A DNA stretch of 57,838 nt from NCBI GenBank assembly GCA_020852035.1, contig JADZBR010000175.1:1-57838 (forward strand), given 5' to 3'. The translations under genes and the position numbers were made by a program. The stretch comes from Caulobacteraceae bacterium. GTDB lineage: Bacteria > Pseudomonadota > Alphaproteobacteria > Caulobacterales > Caulobacteraceae. Below the pieces are notes generated by a model. That model was not told where the DNA came from. It was given only the letters and a program-made list of their open reading frames with translations, and did not search any database. Numbering within the stretch: the first letter of the stretch is position 1; each line of letters starts with the position of its first letter. This document shows, piece after piece, positions 1-8,926 of the stretch.

Positions 1-91
1 TCAGAGCCGCTCGCGCGGCGACGTCGAACTCTTCTAGGTCAGCATTCGAGCCTGGAGCCCGGCCGAATCGAAATGGCGAAGACCCGACAGT

Positions 92-757
92 TTGTGTCGC
101 CGACGGGCGACCCCGGGGGAATCGCCGACGTTGCTGGGCTGGAGGGATTTGTCGGGCGTGAAGGGCAGACCTGGGGCGTCGATCGACGCCGCTCCCGCTG
201 AAGTTTCCAGCGGCTACCTGACCCACTGGGCTGTCTCGCGAACGCGCCCGACCGCGATCGTGACGCTCGACATGCGGCTCGTCTGGGCGAACGAAGCGGC
301 GATCACGATGCTCCGCGAGGGTTCGACCTTCGGATTGCAGGGCGGCCAGCTCGTCTGCGTCGACAAGGCCCAGAACGGCGATTTCGCCGCGCTGGTCGCG
401 CGTTCGGACCATCGCCCCTGGCTCTGGGCCTGCGCGGCCGGCGACAACCACATGCTGGTCAAGGCCGAGCTCATCCATCCCGCCGGAGCCCCTCCGGCCG
501 CGGTTCTGGAGTTCTGCCCGGCGCAGGATTCCGACGCCTATCTGTGGGCCGACATCGGCAAGATCTTCGGGCTGACTCCGGCCGAAACCGCCGTGACGAA
601 GCGCGTCGTCGACGGCATTCGCGCCGACATGATCGCCGCCGATCTGAACGTCACCATCGAGACCGTCAGGACGCACCTTAGACGCGCGTACAGCAAGCTG
701 GCGGTCAACAGCCTCGGCCAGATGACGGCCCTGGTCGGCGGCTACAGGTTGCGTTGA
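92..757 (+). CDS. LuxR-family HTH transcriptional regulator with PAS-like N-terminal region
   Basis: C-terminal FGLTPAETAV...IAADLNVTIETVRTHLRRAYSKL is a LuxR/NarL HTH. N-terminal AIVTLDMRLVWANEAA is PAS-like. In-frame GTG at 158 after GGAGG is an alternative start. Confidence 0.85.
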   Translation: MCRRRATPGESPTLLGWRDLSGVKGRPGASIDAAPAEVSSGYLTHWAVSRTRPTAIVTLDMRLVWANEAAITMLREGSTFGLQGGQLVCVDKAQNGDFAALVARSDHRPWLWACAAGDNHMLVKAELIHPAGAPPAAVLEFCPAQDSDAYLWADIGKIFGLTPAETAVTKRVVDGIRADMIAADLNVTIETVRTHLRRAYSKLAVNSLGQMTALVGGYRLR

Positions 758-944
758 GAAACAAAGTCACGGCCGCGACAAATATTCACGATCTTCGGAA
801 AATGGCGAAAAAACAACGTATAATCGTTAATTTTTCGCGTTCGAGGTCATGTTTTCACCACAATTTTTTCGCTCTCGAGTTGAAACTCCAATTCCTCATC
901 AAATTTGAGGACGCGGTCCGCGCACACCAGCCATAAGTTGTTTT

Positions 945-959
945 TTAAGGAAGCGTTAA
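945..959. promoter_or_regulatory. CtrA binding box (TTAA-N7-TTAA)
   Basis: TTAA GGAAGCG TTAA at 945-959, exact consensus spacing, within the AT-rich region upstream of the pilus operon. Confidence 0.65.
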
Positions 960-1218
960 GTTTCCGAATGGTGGGGGCGACGGCGGCTGAGCCGCCCAAG
1001 CCGGATAACCGGGGGCGAAATGCGGCGGCCGGCCCACGGCCGCCGGAACGAACTCGGCTGTCCTTCCCGCAAAACCCGCCTCACGCCCGCCATCGGCGGG
1101 CGAGGGCACGATTTTGGTTCGGGTCCTTGGGCCGCTCCCTGCGGCTTTGGGGTCCACTCATTGGCCGGTTCGCCGGTCGGCAGTTGGGCCCTCGGGCCGA
1201 TATCTTGGAGACGACCTT

Positions 1219-1815
1219 ATGAAACTCGCTTTGATCGGCGCTTCGGCGCTGTCGCTTCTGATGGCCACTTCGGCCTCGGCCGCCGGCCCGTCGCCGTCGC
1301 CCATCAACATCCCTGTCAATGGCAACGTTCCCGCCGCCTGCGGCGTGGGCCACCAATCCGGCGGCGGCCCCGGGCCCGGCTACTCTTTGACCGCCAACGT
1401 GGCTCTCGGTGACATCACCGACGCCAACGGCTTCCTTTCGGTCGCCGACAAGACCATCAACTTCGGCAACATCTGGTGCAACGGCGGCGCGACCTTGACC
1501 CTCGCTGTCACCCCGCTGTCCACCACGACCCCCCTGACCGATCCGGACTCCTTCGACAGTTCGTTCGCGATGGAGGTCACGAAAGGCGCTCTGACCAAGA
1601 GCATCTTCAGCTACTTCGGCGGCCCCACCCAGGTCAGCTCCACCGCCACCACGCCGGGTTCGCTGGTTTATGCCAACCCCGCGGCGTTCGAAACGGGCGG
1701 CGCCGGCTACGCCGAGGCGATCCTGCGGGTCCTGGCCCCGACCAGCGGCGGCAACGACCGCCCGATGGCCGGCGCCTACACGGGCAGCGTCACGCTGACC
1801 GTCACGTCCAACTAA
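1219..1815 (+). CDS. Chaperone-usher pilin-like subunit 1 (probable major subunit)
   Basis: ATG 1219 after GGAG; Sec signal MKLALIGASALSLLMATSASA; INIPVNGNVPAAC, WCN and C-terminal AGAYTGSVTLTV motifs; first gene of the operon and followed by a stem-loop. Confidence 0.8.
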   Translation: MKLALIGASALSLLMATSASAAGPSPSPINIPVNGNVPAACGVGHQSGGGPGPGYSLTANVALGDITDANGFLSVADKTINFGNIWCNGGATLTLAVTPLSTTTPLTDPDSFDSSFAMEVTKGALTKSIFSYFGGPTQVSSTATTPGSLVYANPAAFETGGAGYAEAILRVLAPTSGGNDRPMAGAYTGSVTLTVTSN

Positions 1816-1824
1816 CGGGAACGT

Positions 1825-1851
1825 CGGACGGGCGGCCACGCCGCCCGTCCG
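1825..1851 (+). terminator. 12-bp perfect stem-loop after pilin 1 (attenuator or mRNA-stabilising hairpin)
   Basis: CGGACGGGCGGC-cac-GCCGCCCGTCCG; no long U-tract follows. Confidence 0.65.
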
Positions 1852-1881
1852 GCCTCTTGCGTACCTTTCAAGGAAGCCCCG

Positions 1882-2511
1882 ATGCTCAAGTCCCTCGCAA
1901 AGCCCGCCGGAGCCCTCGTGGCGACCGCCGTGCTGGCGTGCGCGGGCGGGGCTTTCGCCCAGACCGTGACCGCCGTTTCGGCGGCGGCCCTGGGGGCCGG
2001 CTACACGGCCCAGGACGCGCCGCTCGGCGCGCCGACCGAATTGCGGATCGACCTTAAGGGTCGCGTGGCCCCGCGCTGCGACCTGGTGACGCCGCCGGTC
2101 GCGAGCGGGACCCTGCGGTTCAGCCGCCCCGGCCAGGGCTCAGCGCCCTTCGCCATCGACTGCAACGCGCCCTTCAACCTGCGCGTGGTTTCCCAGCACG
2201 GCGGCTTCGCCAGCGTCGACCCGACGCCCGGCGTCAAGACCCTGATGCCCTACGAGGTGGCCGTCGACGTCGGCACCGACCGGGGCCGCCGCAATCTCGG
2301 CTGGTGCCGGGCCGCGGCCCTGACGACCTCGGCCGCCGGCGGCTGCGTCTTTGCGCCCAACAGCCCCTCGCGCGGCTGGTCCTCCGGCGAGGACGCGGCC
2401 ATCAACCAGACCGGCGCGCTGCACCTGCGCTGGGCCGGCCAGGCCGAGGGCGCGCCGCTGCTCGGCGCCTACACCGACACCATCGTGATCGAGCTGGAGG
2501 TCCGCGCGTGA
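1882..2511 (+). CDS. Chaperone-usher pilin-like subunit 2
   Basis: Signal peptide; LRIDLKGRVAPRC, IDCNAPF, SQHGG, PYEV, C-terminal LGAYTDTIVIEL. Confidence 0.75.
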   Translation: MLKSLAKPAGALVATAVLACAGGAFAQTVTAVSAAALGAGYTAQDAPLGAPTELRIDLKGRVAPRCDLVTPPVASGTLRFSRPGQGSAPFAIDCNAPFNLRVVSQHGGFASVDPTPGVKTLMPYEVAVDVGTDRGRRNLGWCRAAALTTSAAGGCVFAPNSPSRGWSSGEDAAINQTGALHLRWAGQAEGAPLLGAYTDTIVIELEVRA

Positions 2512-2551
2512 CCCCCGCTCCCCGCCGCCCGGGCCCACCGAGGAGACTTCC

Positions 2552-3079
2552 GTGAAGGTTCACCGACTCTTGGCCCTCGGACTTGGCCTGGCGGCCAGCG
2601 CCACGGCGGCCTCGGCCCAGGACGCCACCCTGCTGCAGGTGAAGTCCAACGTGACGCCCTACTGCACGACCATGACCCCGACCGCTCCGGCTCCCTTGAA
2701 CGTCGGCGCGCTGACCGACGCCAACGGCCTGCTGGTCGCCACCTTCGGCGGCACGACGACGCGCGACCTCGGCGCCTATTACTGCAACGCCCCGGCCACG
2801 GTCACGCTGGCGGCCTCGCCGCTGATGCAGACCGCCGGCACGCCGGTCGCCTACCCCGACAGCTTCACCAACCGCATCGACTACATCGCCAACCTGACCT
2901 GGGACGACCTCAGCCTGCCGGCCAGCAGCGCCTCCCCGAGCCCGGCGACCCATGTCGGCACGGAAGCCAACACCGGCAATCTGATCATCTCGGTGTCCGA
3001 CCCGGACATCTCCGGCACGCAGCGGCCGATCGCCGGCGACTACGCCGGGACGGTCACCCTGACCGTCGTGCTGAACTAG
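2552..3079 (+). CDS. Chaperone-usher pilin-like subunit 3
   Basis: GTG start after GAGGAG; signal peptide; VKSNVTPYC, YCNAP, AGDYAGTVTLTV. Confidence 0.78.
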   Translation: MKVHRLLALGLGLAASATAASAQDATLLQVKSNVTPYCTTMTPTAPAPLNVGALTDANGLLVATFGGTTTRDLGAYYCNAPATVTLAASPLMQTAGTPVAYPDSFTNRIDYIANLTWDDLSLPASSASPSPATHVGTEANTGNLIISVSDPDISGTQRPIAGDYAGTVTLTVVLN

Positions 3080-3096
3080 TCGCGGAAGCCCGGATC

Positions 3097-3669
3097 ATGA
3101 TGCGTTCGACCCTCCTCGCTTTCGCCGCCGTCGCCGCCGCGCTCGCCGCCGCGCCGGCCGCCCTGGCCCTGCCGGCCTCCTCGACGATCACCGTCACCGG
3201 CGAGGTCGACAAAGCCTGCGCGATCGGCCAGCCGACGCTGGTCACCCTCAGCCTCAACGACCTGACCGGGCCCGACGGCCGGATCTCGGCCTCGCTGGCC
3301 AGCAGCTCGGTCGCCGCCTCGACCGAGATCGAGAACGTCTGGTGCAACGCGCCCAGCACGCTCTCGCTGGACGCCGCGCCGATGGCCCTGCTGCAGCCCT
3401 ATCTGCCGCTGACGCCGCCGGGCTTCACGCGCCTGCTCACCTATGACGCCACACTCACCGGCTGGCCGTCGCCGCTGGTCGACCGCCCGCTGATCGGCGA
3501 CGCGGCCAAGACCGCGACCGCGGACGAGGCGCACGCCGGGCCGAACCTGGTGCTCAGCATCTCCAGCCTGGAGGCGCTCAACGCCGCCGGCACCGCGCCC
3601 AACACCACCGCGGTCCTGGAGGCCGGCACCTACTCCGGTCAGGTCATCATCGGAGTCACCGTCCAGTAG
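3097..3669 (+). CDS. Chaperone-usher pilin-like subunit 4
   Basis: Signal peptide; ITVTGEVDKAC, WCNAP, AGTYSGQVIIGV. Confidence 0.78.
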   Translation: MMRSTLLAFAAVAAALAAAPAALALPASSTITVTGEVDKACAIGQPTLVTLSLNDLTGPDGRISASLASSSVAASTEIENVWCNAPSTLSLDAAPMALLQPYLPLTPPGFTRLLTYDATLTGWPSPLVDRPLIGDAAKTATADEAHAGPNLVLSISSLEALNAAGTAPNTTAVLEAGTYSGQVIIGVTVQ

Positions 3670-3671
3670 CC

Positions 3672-4274
3672 ATGCCGCCCGACCGCGCCCTTCTCCATGC
3701 CCTGTGCGGCGGCGCCCTCATCGCGGTCGCCGGCGGCGCCTTCACGTTCGCCGCGGCGCAGGAGAAGACGGTCGTGGTGACGGTGACCGGCTCGGCCGAG
3801 CAGAGCTGTTCCCTGGGCCAGCCCGAGCCGGACGGCGGCGCGCAGAGCAATTTCGACGCGCCGTCGGGGTCGATCTTCAGCATCTCGGTGCTCGGCGATC
3901 CCGTCACCCTCTCAACCCGTGCGGCCAGCCTGACCCTGGAGATGGAAGCCTCCTGCAACAGCGCCCACCGGGTGCTGCTGGCCAGCGACGGCAACGGTCT
4001 GTGGCGCAATGGCGTCACCACGCCGGTGGCCGGCTTCGGCTCGGCCGTGCCCTATCGCGCCAGCCTGCTGTGGGCCGACAGCGAGGAGAGCCTGATCGCC
4101 GAAGCCGCCCAGCGGCGGAACGTCGAGCGCGAGCTGCTGGTCAGCGGCCCCAGCGCCGGCCAGATGCGCCTGGAGTTCGCCATCGCCGCCGGCGACACCA
4201 ACGCCGGAACCGGCGCACCGCTGCTGGCCGGCGAATATTCCGACGTGCTGCGCGTCACCCTGGAGTCGCAATGA
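3672..4274 (+). CDS. Chaperone-usher pilin-like subunit 5
   Basis: Signal peptide; VTVTGSAEQSC, SCNSAH, SDGNGL, VPY, AGEYSDVLRVTL. Confidence 0.78.
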   Translation: MPPDRALLHALCGGALIAVAGGAFTFAAAQEKTVVVTVTGSAEQSCSLGQPEPDGGAQSNFDAPSGSIFSISVLGDPVTLSTRAASLTLEMEASCNSAHRVLLASDGNGLWRNGVTTPVAGFGSAVPYRASLLWADSEESLIAEAAQRRNVERELLVSGPSAGQMRLEFAIAAGDTNAGTGAPLLAGEYSDVLRVTLESQ

Positions 4275-4843
4275 TGACCCGGGCCGCCCGCACGCTCGCC
4301 ATCGTCGCCGCCCTGGCCACCGCCGCTTCGACAGCCGCGGCCCAGGACGTGCTGCCGTCGTCGACGATCCAGGCGACCTTCCGCGGCGTGGCGCCCGCCG
4401 GCTGCCGCCTAGACGCGCCGACCGCGCCGTCCACCTCCAACGCCACCGTCGGCGGCCTGGCGCCGGGCTCGGCCGAGATCGCCTTCAACCCGCTGGTTGG
4501 CGATGACAGCGCGCCCCTCGGCGCCTCGGTGAGGCTGGTGCTGCCGGCGATCTGCAACCAGGCCCACACCCTCAGCCTGACCAGCGTCAACGGCGGGCTG
4601 AAGAACGCCGCTGGCCCGCCGCCTTCCGGGCCCTTCCGGGCGGTGCTGCCCTACAATGTGGTGGTGACCTGGGCGGGCGAGGATCAGTCGTTCGCCTCCG
4701 GCCAGGGCGCGACGCTGATGAACATCGGCGACGCCGTCTCCGACGTGGTCACCGTCACCATCCAGCTGCCGGCCGGGGGCGCGCCCCTGACGGCCGGGAC
4801 CTATTCGGACGAGCTCGTCCTCGAGCTCGGTGTGGCCGGGTGA
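4271..4843 (+). CDS. Chaperone-usher pilin-like subunit 6
   Basis: ATGA overlap with the previous stop (true start lies inside ORF 3704..4843); signal peptide; FRGVAPAGC, ICNQAH, SVNGGL, LPY, AGTYSDELVLEL. Confidence 0.78.
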   Translation: MMTRAARTLAIVAALATAASTAAAQDVLPSSTIQATFRGVAPAGCRLDAPTAPSTSNATVGGLAPGSAEIAFNPLVGDDSAPLGASVRLVLPAICNQAHTLSLTSVNGGLKNAAGPPPSGPFRAVLPYNVVVTWAGEDQSFASGQGATLMNIGDAVSDVVTVTIQLPAGGAPLTAGTYSDELVLELGVAG

Positions 4844-4921
4844 GGCGGGCATGACGCTTTCGACCTCTTCGACCGCTCGCCTGAACAACCAGCCGGGGAC
4901 GCCACGGGCGCGCCAGGCCGG

Positions 4922-5563
4922 ATGAAGGACATCGCCATGAAGACCATCGCCAGCCTCGCCGCCGCCGCCGCTCTCCTGGCGTGCGCGGGCCAAGCCTCAG
5001 CAGCCGACCCGTCCGTCACCCTCTTGGGGATGGCCGAAGGCTCCTGCAGCCTGCCCGACACCTGGGTGTTCGTGACCCAGACCGGCGGCGCCTCGGCCGC
5101 GCAGTTCTCGGGCATGACCTGGTCGATCCCGACCGAGGCGTTCGCGACCAGCTCTTCCGAAGCGGTCGCAGGAGATGAGTATTCGATCCGCCTTCGCGGC
5201 CTGGCCTTCTGCAACACCTCGCACAGCGTGCTGCTGAGCAGCACTCGTGGCGGTCTGAAGAACGGCCTCAGCGCACCGCCGCCGCCCGGCTTCGCCAACC
5301 GGCGCGCCATGCGCTACGAGGCCCAGTGGAGCACGGAAGCGGTTGGCAGCAGCTCGGTGGGCGGCCTGGGTCCGACGGTCGTGCTGACCCCGACGGGGCC
5401 GGCGCAGGCGGCGATCATGGACTACATCGTCAGCTCTTCCCTGCCGCCGCCCGGCGTTCGCGGCTTCGACGTCCAGATGAGCCTGCAGCGCGACCCGATC
5501 GCCGAACCCCTGGTCGCCGGCGCCTATAGCGACACCCTCACCATCACCCTGTCGGTCGACTGA
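4922..5563 (+). CDS. Chaperone-usher pilin-like subunit 7
   Basis: Signal peptide (alternative start MKTIAS at 4937); LLGMAEGSC, FCNTSH, STRGGL, AGAYSDTLTITL. Confidence 0.78.
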   Translation: MKDIAMKTIASLAAAAALLACAGQASAADPSVTLLGMAEGSCSLPDTWVFVTQTGGASAAQFSGMTWSIPTEAFATSSSEAVAGDEYSIRLRGLAFCNTSHSVLLSSTRGGLKNGLSAPPPPGFANRRAMRYEAQWSTEAVGSSSVGGLGPTVVLTPTGPAQAAIMDYIVSSSLPPPGVRGFDVQMSLQRDPIAEPLVAGAYSDTLTITLSVD

Positions 5564-5645
5564 CGGACGAGACGAATTTCATCGGTCTCGGGCCGGCCGG
5601 GACCATTGTGCAGCCAAAGCCGCGACGGCGGCTGATGGAGAGTTC

Positions 5646-6410
5646 ATGCGCCGCCCGATGCGAGTCCTTGCAGCCGCCCTTGGCCTGATTTTCTGTTTCG
5701 CCGGCGTCGGCGCCGTCCGGGCCATGACCGTCCAGCCGGTGGCGGTCGACCTGCGCATGTCGGGCCGCGAGATGAGCGCGCCGGTGCGGGTCGAGAACAA
5801 CGGCCCCAATCCCCTGCCGATCGAGATCCGCATCGTCGAGACCGAGTTCTCGCCGGACGGGGTGAAGGCGTCGGACAATCTCTCCGACGAGGTCATCGCC
5901 TTCCCGCCCCAGGCCCTCATCCCGCCGGGTCAGACCCAGGTGTTCCGCCTGCAGTATGTCGGCGACCCCGGCTCGGAGCGCAGCAAGCACTACTACGCCG
6001 AAGTGGCCCAACTGCCGGTCGAACTTCCGGAGGGCCAGTCGGCCATCCAGATTCTCTACAATTTCCAGGTGATGGTGAACGTCGCCTCGGTGATCGGCGG
6101 CCCGTCCGACCTGTCGGTGGTCAGCGCGGAGGCGGCCACGAACGCCGACGGCAAGAACGTCGCGGCCTTCACCATCCGCAACAGCGGGCTCAACTACGGC
6201 TATCTCAGCCGCTCGCAGATCGTCGTCACCCAGAAGGACGCCGGCGGCCACGAACTGCTGAAGAAGACCCTCAGCGCCAACGACGTTCAGCAGCAGATCG
6301 GCTTCGGCCTGGTGGGCCCGGAAAGCACCCGCCGCTTCGTCTCCCCGATCGAACTGGAGTCGGCCGAGGGCGTCGTCGAAGTCTCGCTGTCGAAGCCGCG
6401 CAACCGCTAG
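5646..6410 (+). CDS. Periplasmic pilus assembly chaperone (PapD/FimC-like fold)
   Basis: Signal peptide; MTVQPVAVDL, VRVENNG, AFPPQALIPPGQTQVFRLQY, second domain FTIRNSG; directly upstream of the usher. Confidence 0.88.
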   Translation: MRRPMRVLAAALGLIFCFAGVGAVRAMTVQPVAVDLRMSGREMSAPVRVENNGPNPLPIEIRIVETEFSPDGVKASDNLSDEVIAFPPQALIPPGQTQVFRLQYVGDPGSERSKHYYAEVAQLPVELPEGQSAIQILYNFQVMVNVASVIGGPSDLSVVSAEAATNADGKNVAAFTIRNSGLNYGYLSRSQIVVTQKDAGGHELLKKTLSANDVQQQIGFGLVGPESTRRFVSPIELESAEGVVEVSLSKPRNR

Positions 6411-6413
6411 GCC

Positions 6414-8915
6414 ATGAAGCGGAGGCGGCCAAACGCGGGTCCGGCGTGCGGCGTCGCGCTGCTGGCCGCCGGCGCGGCCTGGCCGGCCTGTGCGGAAGAC
6501 CCGATCTGCGACCTGATCCAGGCGGCCACCGCGCAGGACGCCGCGCCGGAGGCCGCCAAGCCTCCCGCCCCTCGCCAACTCAACCCTTCCGGCCGCACGC
6601 TCACCATCGTCGCGCCGCTGAAGGACGGGGCCATCTACCTCGGCGATGTCGAGATGCGAGTGCTCCCCGACGATCGGATAGAGATCGCCGCCGGCCAGGT
6701 GCTCGACCTCCTCAAGAAGACCCTCGATCCGGACGCGCTCGAACCCCTGCGGGCGGAGGCGCTGCCCGGGGCCTTCCTGCCGCCTGAACGCCTCGCCGCC
6801 CTGGGCCTGCCCATCGCCTTCGACCCTCGGGTCCTGGAGCTTTCGCTGTCGATCCCGCCCGCGGCCCGCTCTCGCCAGGCGATCGGCATTTCCGACCTGG
6901 ACCGCGAAACCTACGGTGACTTCGCCCAGCCCGCGAAGTTCGCCGCCTTCCTCAACCTCGCCGGCTCGACCGACTACGTCCACAAGGGGGCCAAGACGGG
7001 CCTTGGCGACCCGCTCGCCCTGATCGACGGGGCGGTCCGCTACAAGGGCGTGGTGCTGGAATCGGAAGGGACCTGGAGTTCTTACGACGGCGGCTTCACA
7101 CGCAACGGCACGCGCCTGGTCTACGACGACGCGCGGCATCTCAACCGTTGGGTCGTCGGCGACGTCACCCTGCAGACCCGCGGCTTCCAGTCGTCGGATC
7201 AGCTCGCCGGCATCAGTATCACCAAGAGCTTTTCGCTGCTCGACCCCCAGCGCAATGTCGCCCCCCGCGGCGCGCGCGCCTTCAGCCTGGACCGGCCATC
7301 GACCGTCGAGGCGATCGTCAACGGCCGCACGGTCCGGACCCTGCGCCTGCAGCCGGGGACCTATGACGTCAGCGACTTTCCGTTCGTCCAGGGCTCGAAC
7401 GACATCGAGCTGAACATCGTCGACGACGCGGGGCGCCGCGAAGTCGTCGCGTTCTCGATCTTCCTGGATCGCACGCAGCTGGCCCCGGGCCTTTCGGAAT
7501 ACAGCCTCTTCGCCGGCGTCCGCGCCGACCGCATGGGCCGCGGCATCCACTATACCAGTGACTATCAGGCGGCCGGCTTCTACCGCTACGGGTGGCGCGA
7601 GAACATGACCCTGGGCGCCAACTTCCAGGCCGGGCGAGAGGGCGGCATGGTCGGAGGCGAGACGGTGTGGGGCATGCCGCTCGGCACCCTCGGCATGGAC
7701 CTGGCGGCCAGCCACCTCAAGGGCGTCGGATCCGGCTATGCCGCGAACATCACCTTCGATCGGCTGATGCAGGGCGAAAGGGGCGCCACTTCGCTGGTCG
7801 CGGGGCTCGAACTGCGCAGCACGGCGTTCGGCTCGGTCGGACAGTTCGGCATCGTCAATCCTTACTCGGTCAACGCCTCGATCGGGGTGAACCGGTCGTT
7901 CGGCGACGCCTCGTTCGTGGGCGTGCAACTGCGCTACGCCAAGGGCCGCGGCGACGTGCAGGACGAACGTGCGGCGCGCCTGACCTATGGCCGGCGCCTG
8001 ACCGAAGCCATGAATGTCATCGTCGATCTCGACTGGCGGGACGGCGGTTTCGCTTCGGGCGCGGGCTTCAGCGTGGCGCTGGTTCGCCGGTTCGGGGCCA
8101 CCGGGTCGGCGCGCGTGGAGTATGACAGCGTCGATAAACGCACACGCCTCGGGTATCAGACCTCCGGTGGCCGCGGCGTAGGCGCCTGGAGCGCTTCCGG
8201 CAATCTGGACGTCGCCTCGGACGTCTACGGCTTCAATGGGTCGGCCGCCTATGCGGGCAACCGCGCGGACTTCGGCCTGGCGCACAACACCGCCTACTCG
8301 GCGCTTGAGAGCAAGATCAGCGACCAGCGCACCTCGTTGCGCGCCTCGACCGCGATCGCTTTCGCCGACGGCGCCTTCGCGGTCGGCCGCCAGGTCGGCG
8401 ACGGCTTCGCGATCTTCCGGCCCTACGAGGGCGCCGACGATGTCGCGATCGAAGTCGAGCCCTCCGAAGACGGCTACTACGCGCGATCCGGCCTGCTCGG
8501 CCCGGCCCTCTACGGCCAGATCAGCGCCTACTCGCCGCGCACCGTCATCGTCGATGCGCCCGACGCCCCGGCCGGGTTTGACATCGGCCAGGGCGCGCTG
8601 CGGGTTCGCGCGCCCTACAAGGCGGGCTATGTCGCCACCATCGGGTCGGACTACGGCGTCACGGTGATCGGCCGGCTGCTTTCCGAGACGGACGCGCCCC
8701 TGACGCTGCTGGCGGGCGTCGCGATCGAACAGGGCGGCGAAGGCCGGCGCGTCCAAGTGTTCACCAACCGCCAGGGCGCCTTCGGCGCCGGGGGCTTGAA
8801 AGCCGGTCGCTGGCGGATCGAAATGCCGGGCGACAACCCGTTGACCTACGACCTGCGCATCCCCGAAAGCCCCGACGGCGTGGCGCGCGTCGGCGACCTT
8901 CGGCCGGTCAGATAG
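6414..8915 (+). CDS. Fimbrial biogenesis outer-membrane usher
   Basis: 833 aa; GDVTLQTRGFQSSDQLAGISI, plug STVEAIVNG...LQPGTYDVSDFP..GSNDIEL, GFYRYGWRENMTLG, C-terminal FTNRQGAF. Confidence 0.92.
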   Translation: MKRRRPNAGPACGVALLAAGAAWPACAEDPICDLIQAATAQDAAPEAAKPPAPRQLNPSGRTLTIVAPLKDGAIYLGDVEMRVLPDDRIEIAAGQVLDLLKKTLDPDALEPLRAEALPGAFLPPERLAALGLPIAFDPRVLELSLSIPPAARSRQAIGISDLDRETYGDFAQPAKFAAFLNLAGSTDYVHKGAKTGLGDPLALIDGAVRYKGVVLESEGTWSSYDGGFTRNGTRLVYDDARHLNRWVVGDVTLQTRGFQSSDQLAGISITKSFSLLDPQRNVAPRGARAFSLDRPSTVEAIVNGRTVRTLRLQPGTYDVSDFPFVQGSNDIELNIVDDAGRREVVAFSIFLDRTQLAPGLSEYSLFAGVRADRMGRGIHYTSDYQAAGFYRYGWRENMTLGANFQAGREGGMVGGETVWGMPLGTLGMDLAASHLKGVGSGYAANITFDRLMQGERGATSLVAGLELRSTAFGSVGQFGIVNPYSVNASIGVNRSFGDASFVGVQLRYAKGRGDVQDERAARLTYGRRLTEAMNVIVDLDWRDGGFASGAGFSVALVRRFGATGSARVEYDSVDKRTRLGYQTSGGRGVGAWSASGNLDVASDVYGFNGSAAYAGNRADFGLAHNTAYSALESKISDQRTSLRASTAIAFADGAFAVGRQVGDGFAIFRPYEGADDVAIEVEPSEDGYYARSGLLGPALYGQISAYSPRTVIVDAPDAPAGFDIGQGALRVRAPYKAGYVATIGSDYGVTVIGRLLSETDAPLTLLAGVAIEQGGEGRRVQVFTNRQGAFGAGGLKAGRWRIEMPGDNPLTYDLRIPESPDGVARVGDLRPVR

Positions 8916-8926
8916 GAGACCCTGAG

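Noticed and set aside
5544-8756. 1070-aa minus-strand ORF and similar long ORFs (16760..19348, 30885..33206, 35766..37508, 48272..50290, 55832..57655)
   Set aside because: Antisense shadows of well-supported genes, expected with high-GC codon bias; no recognisable motifs.
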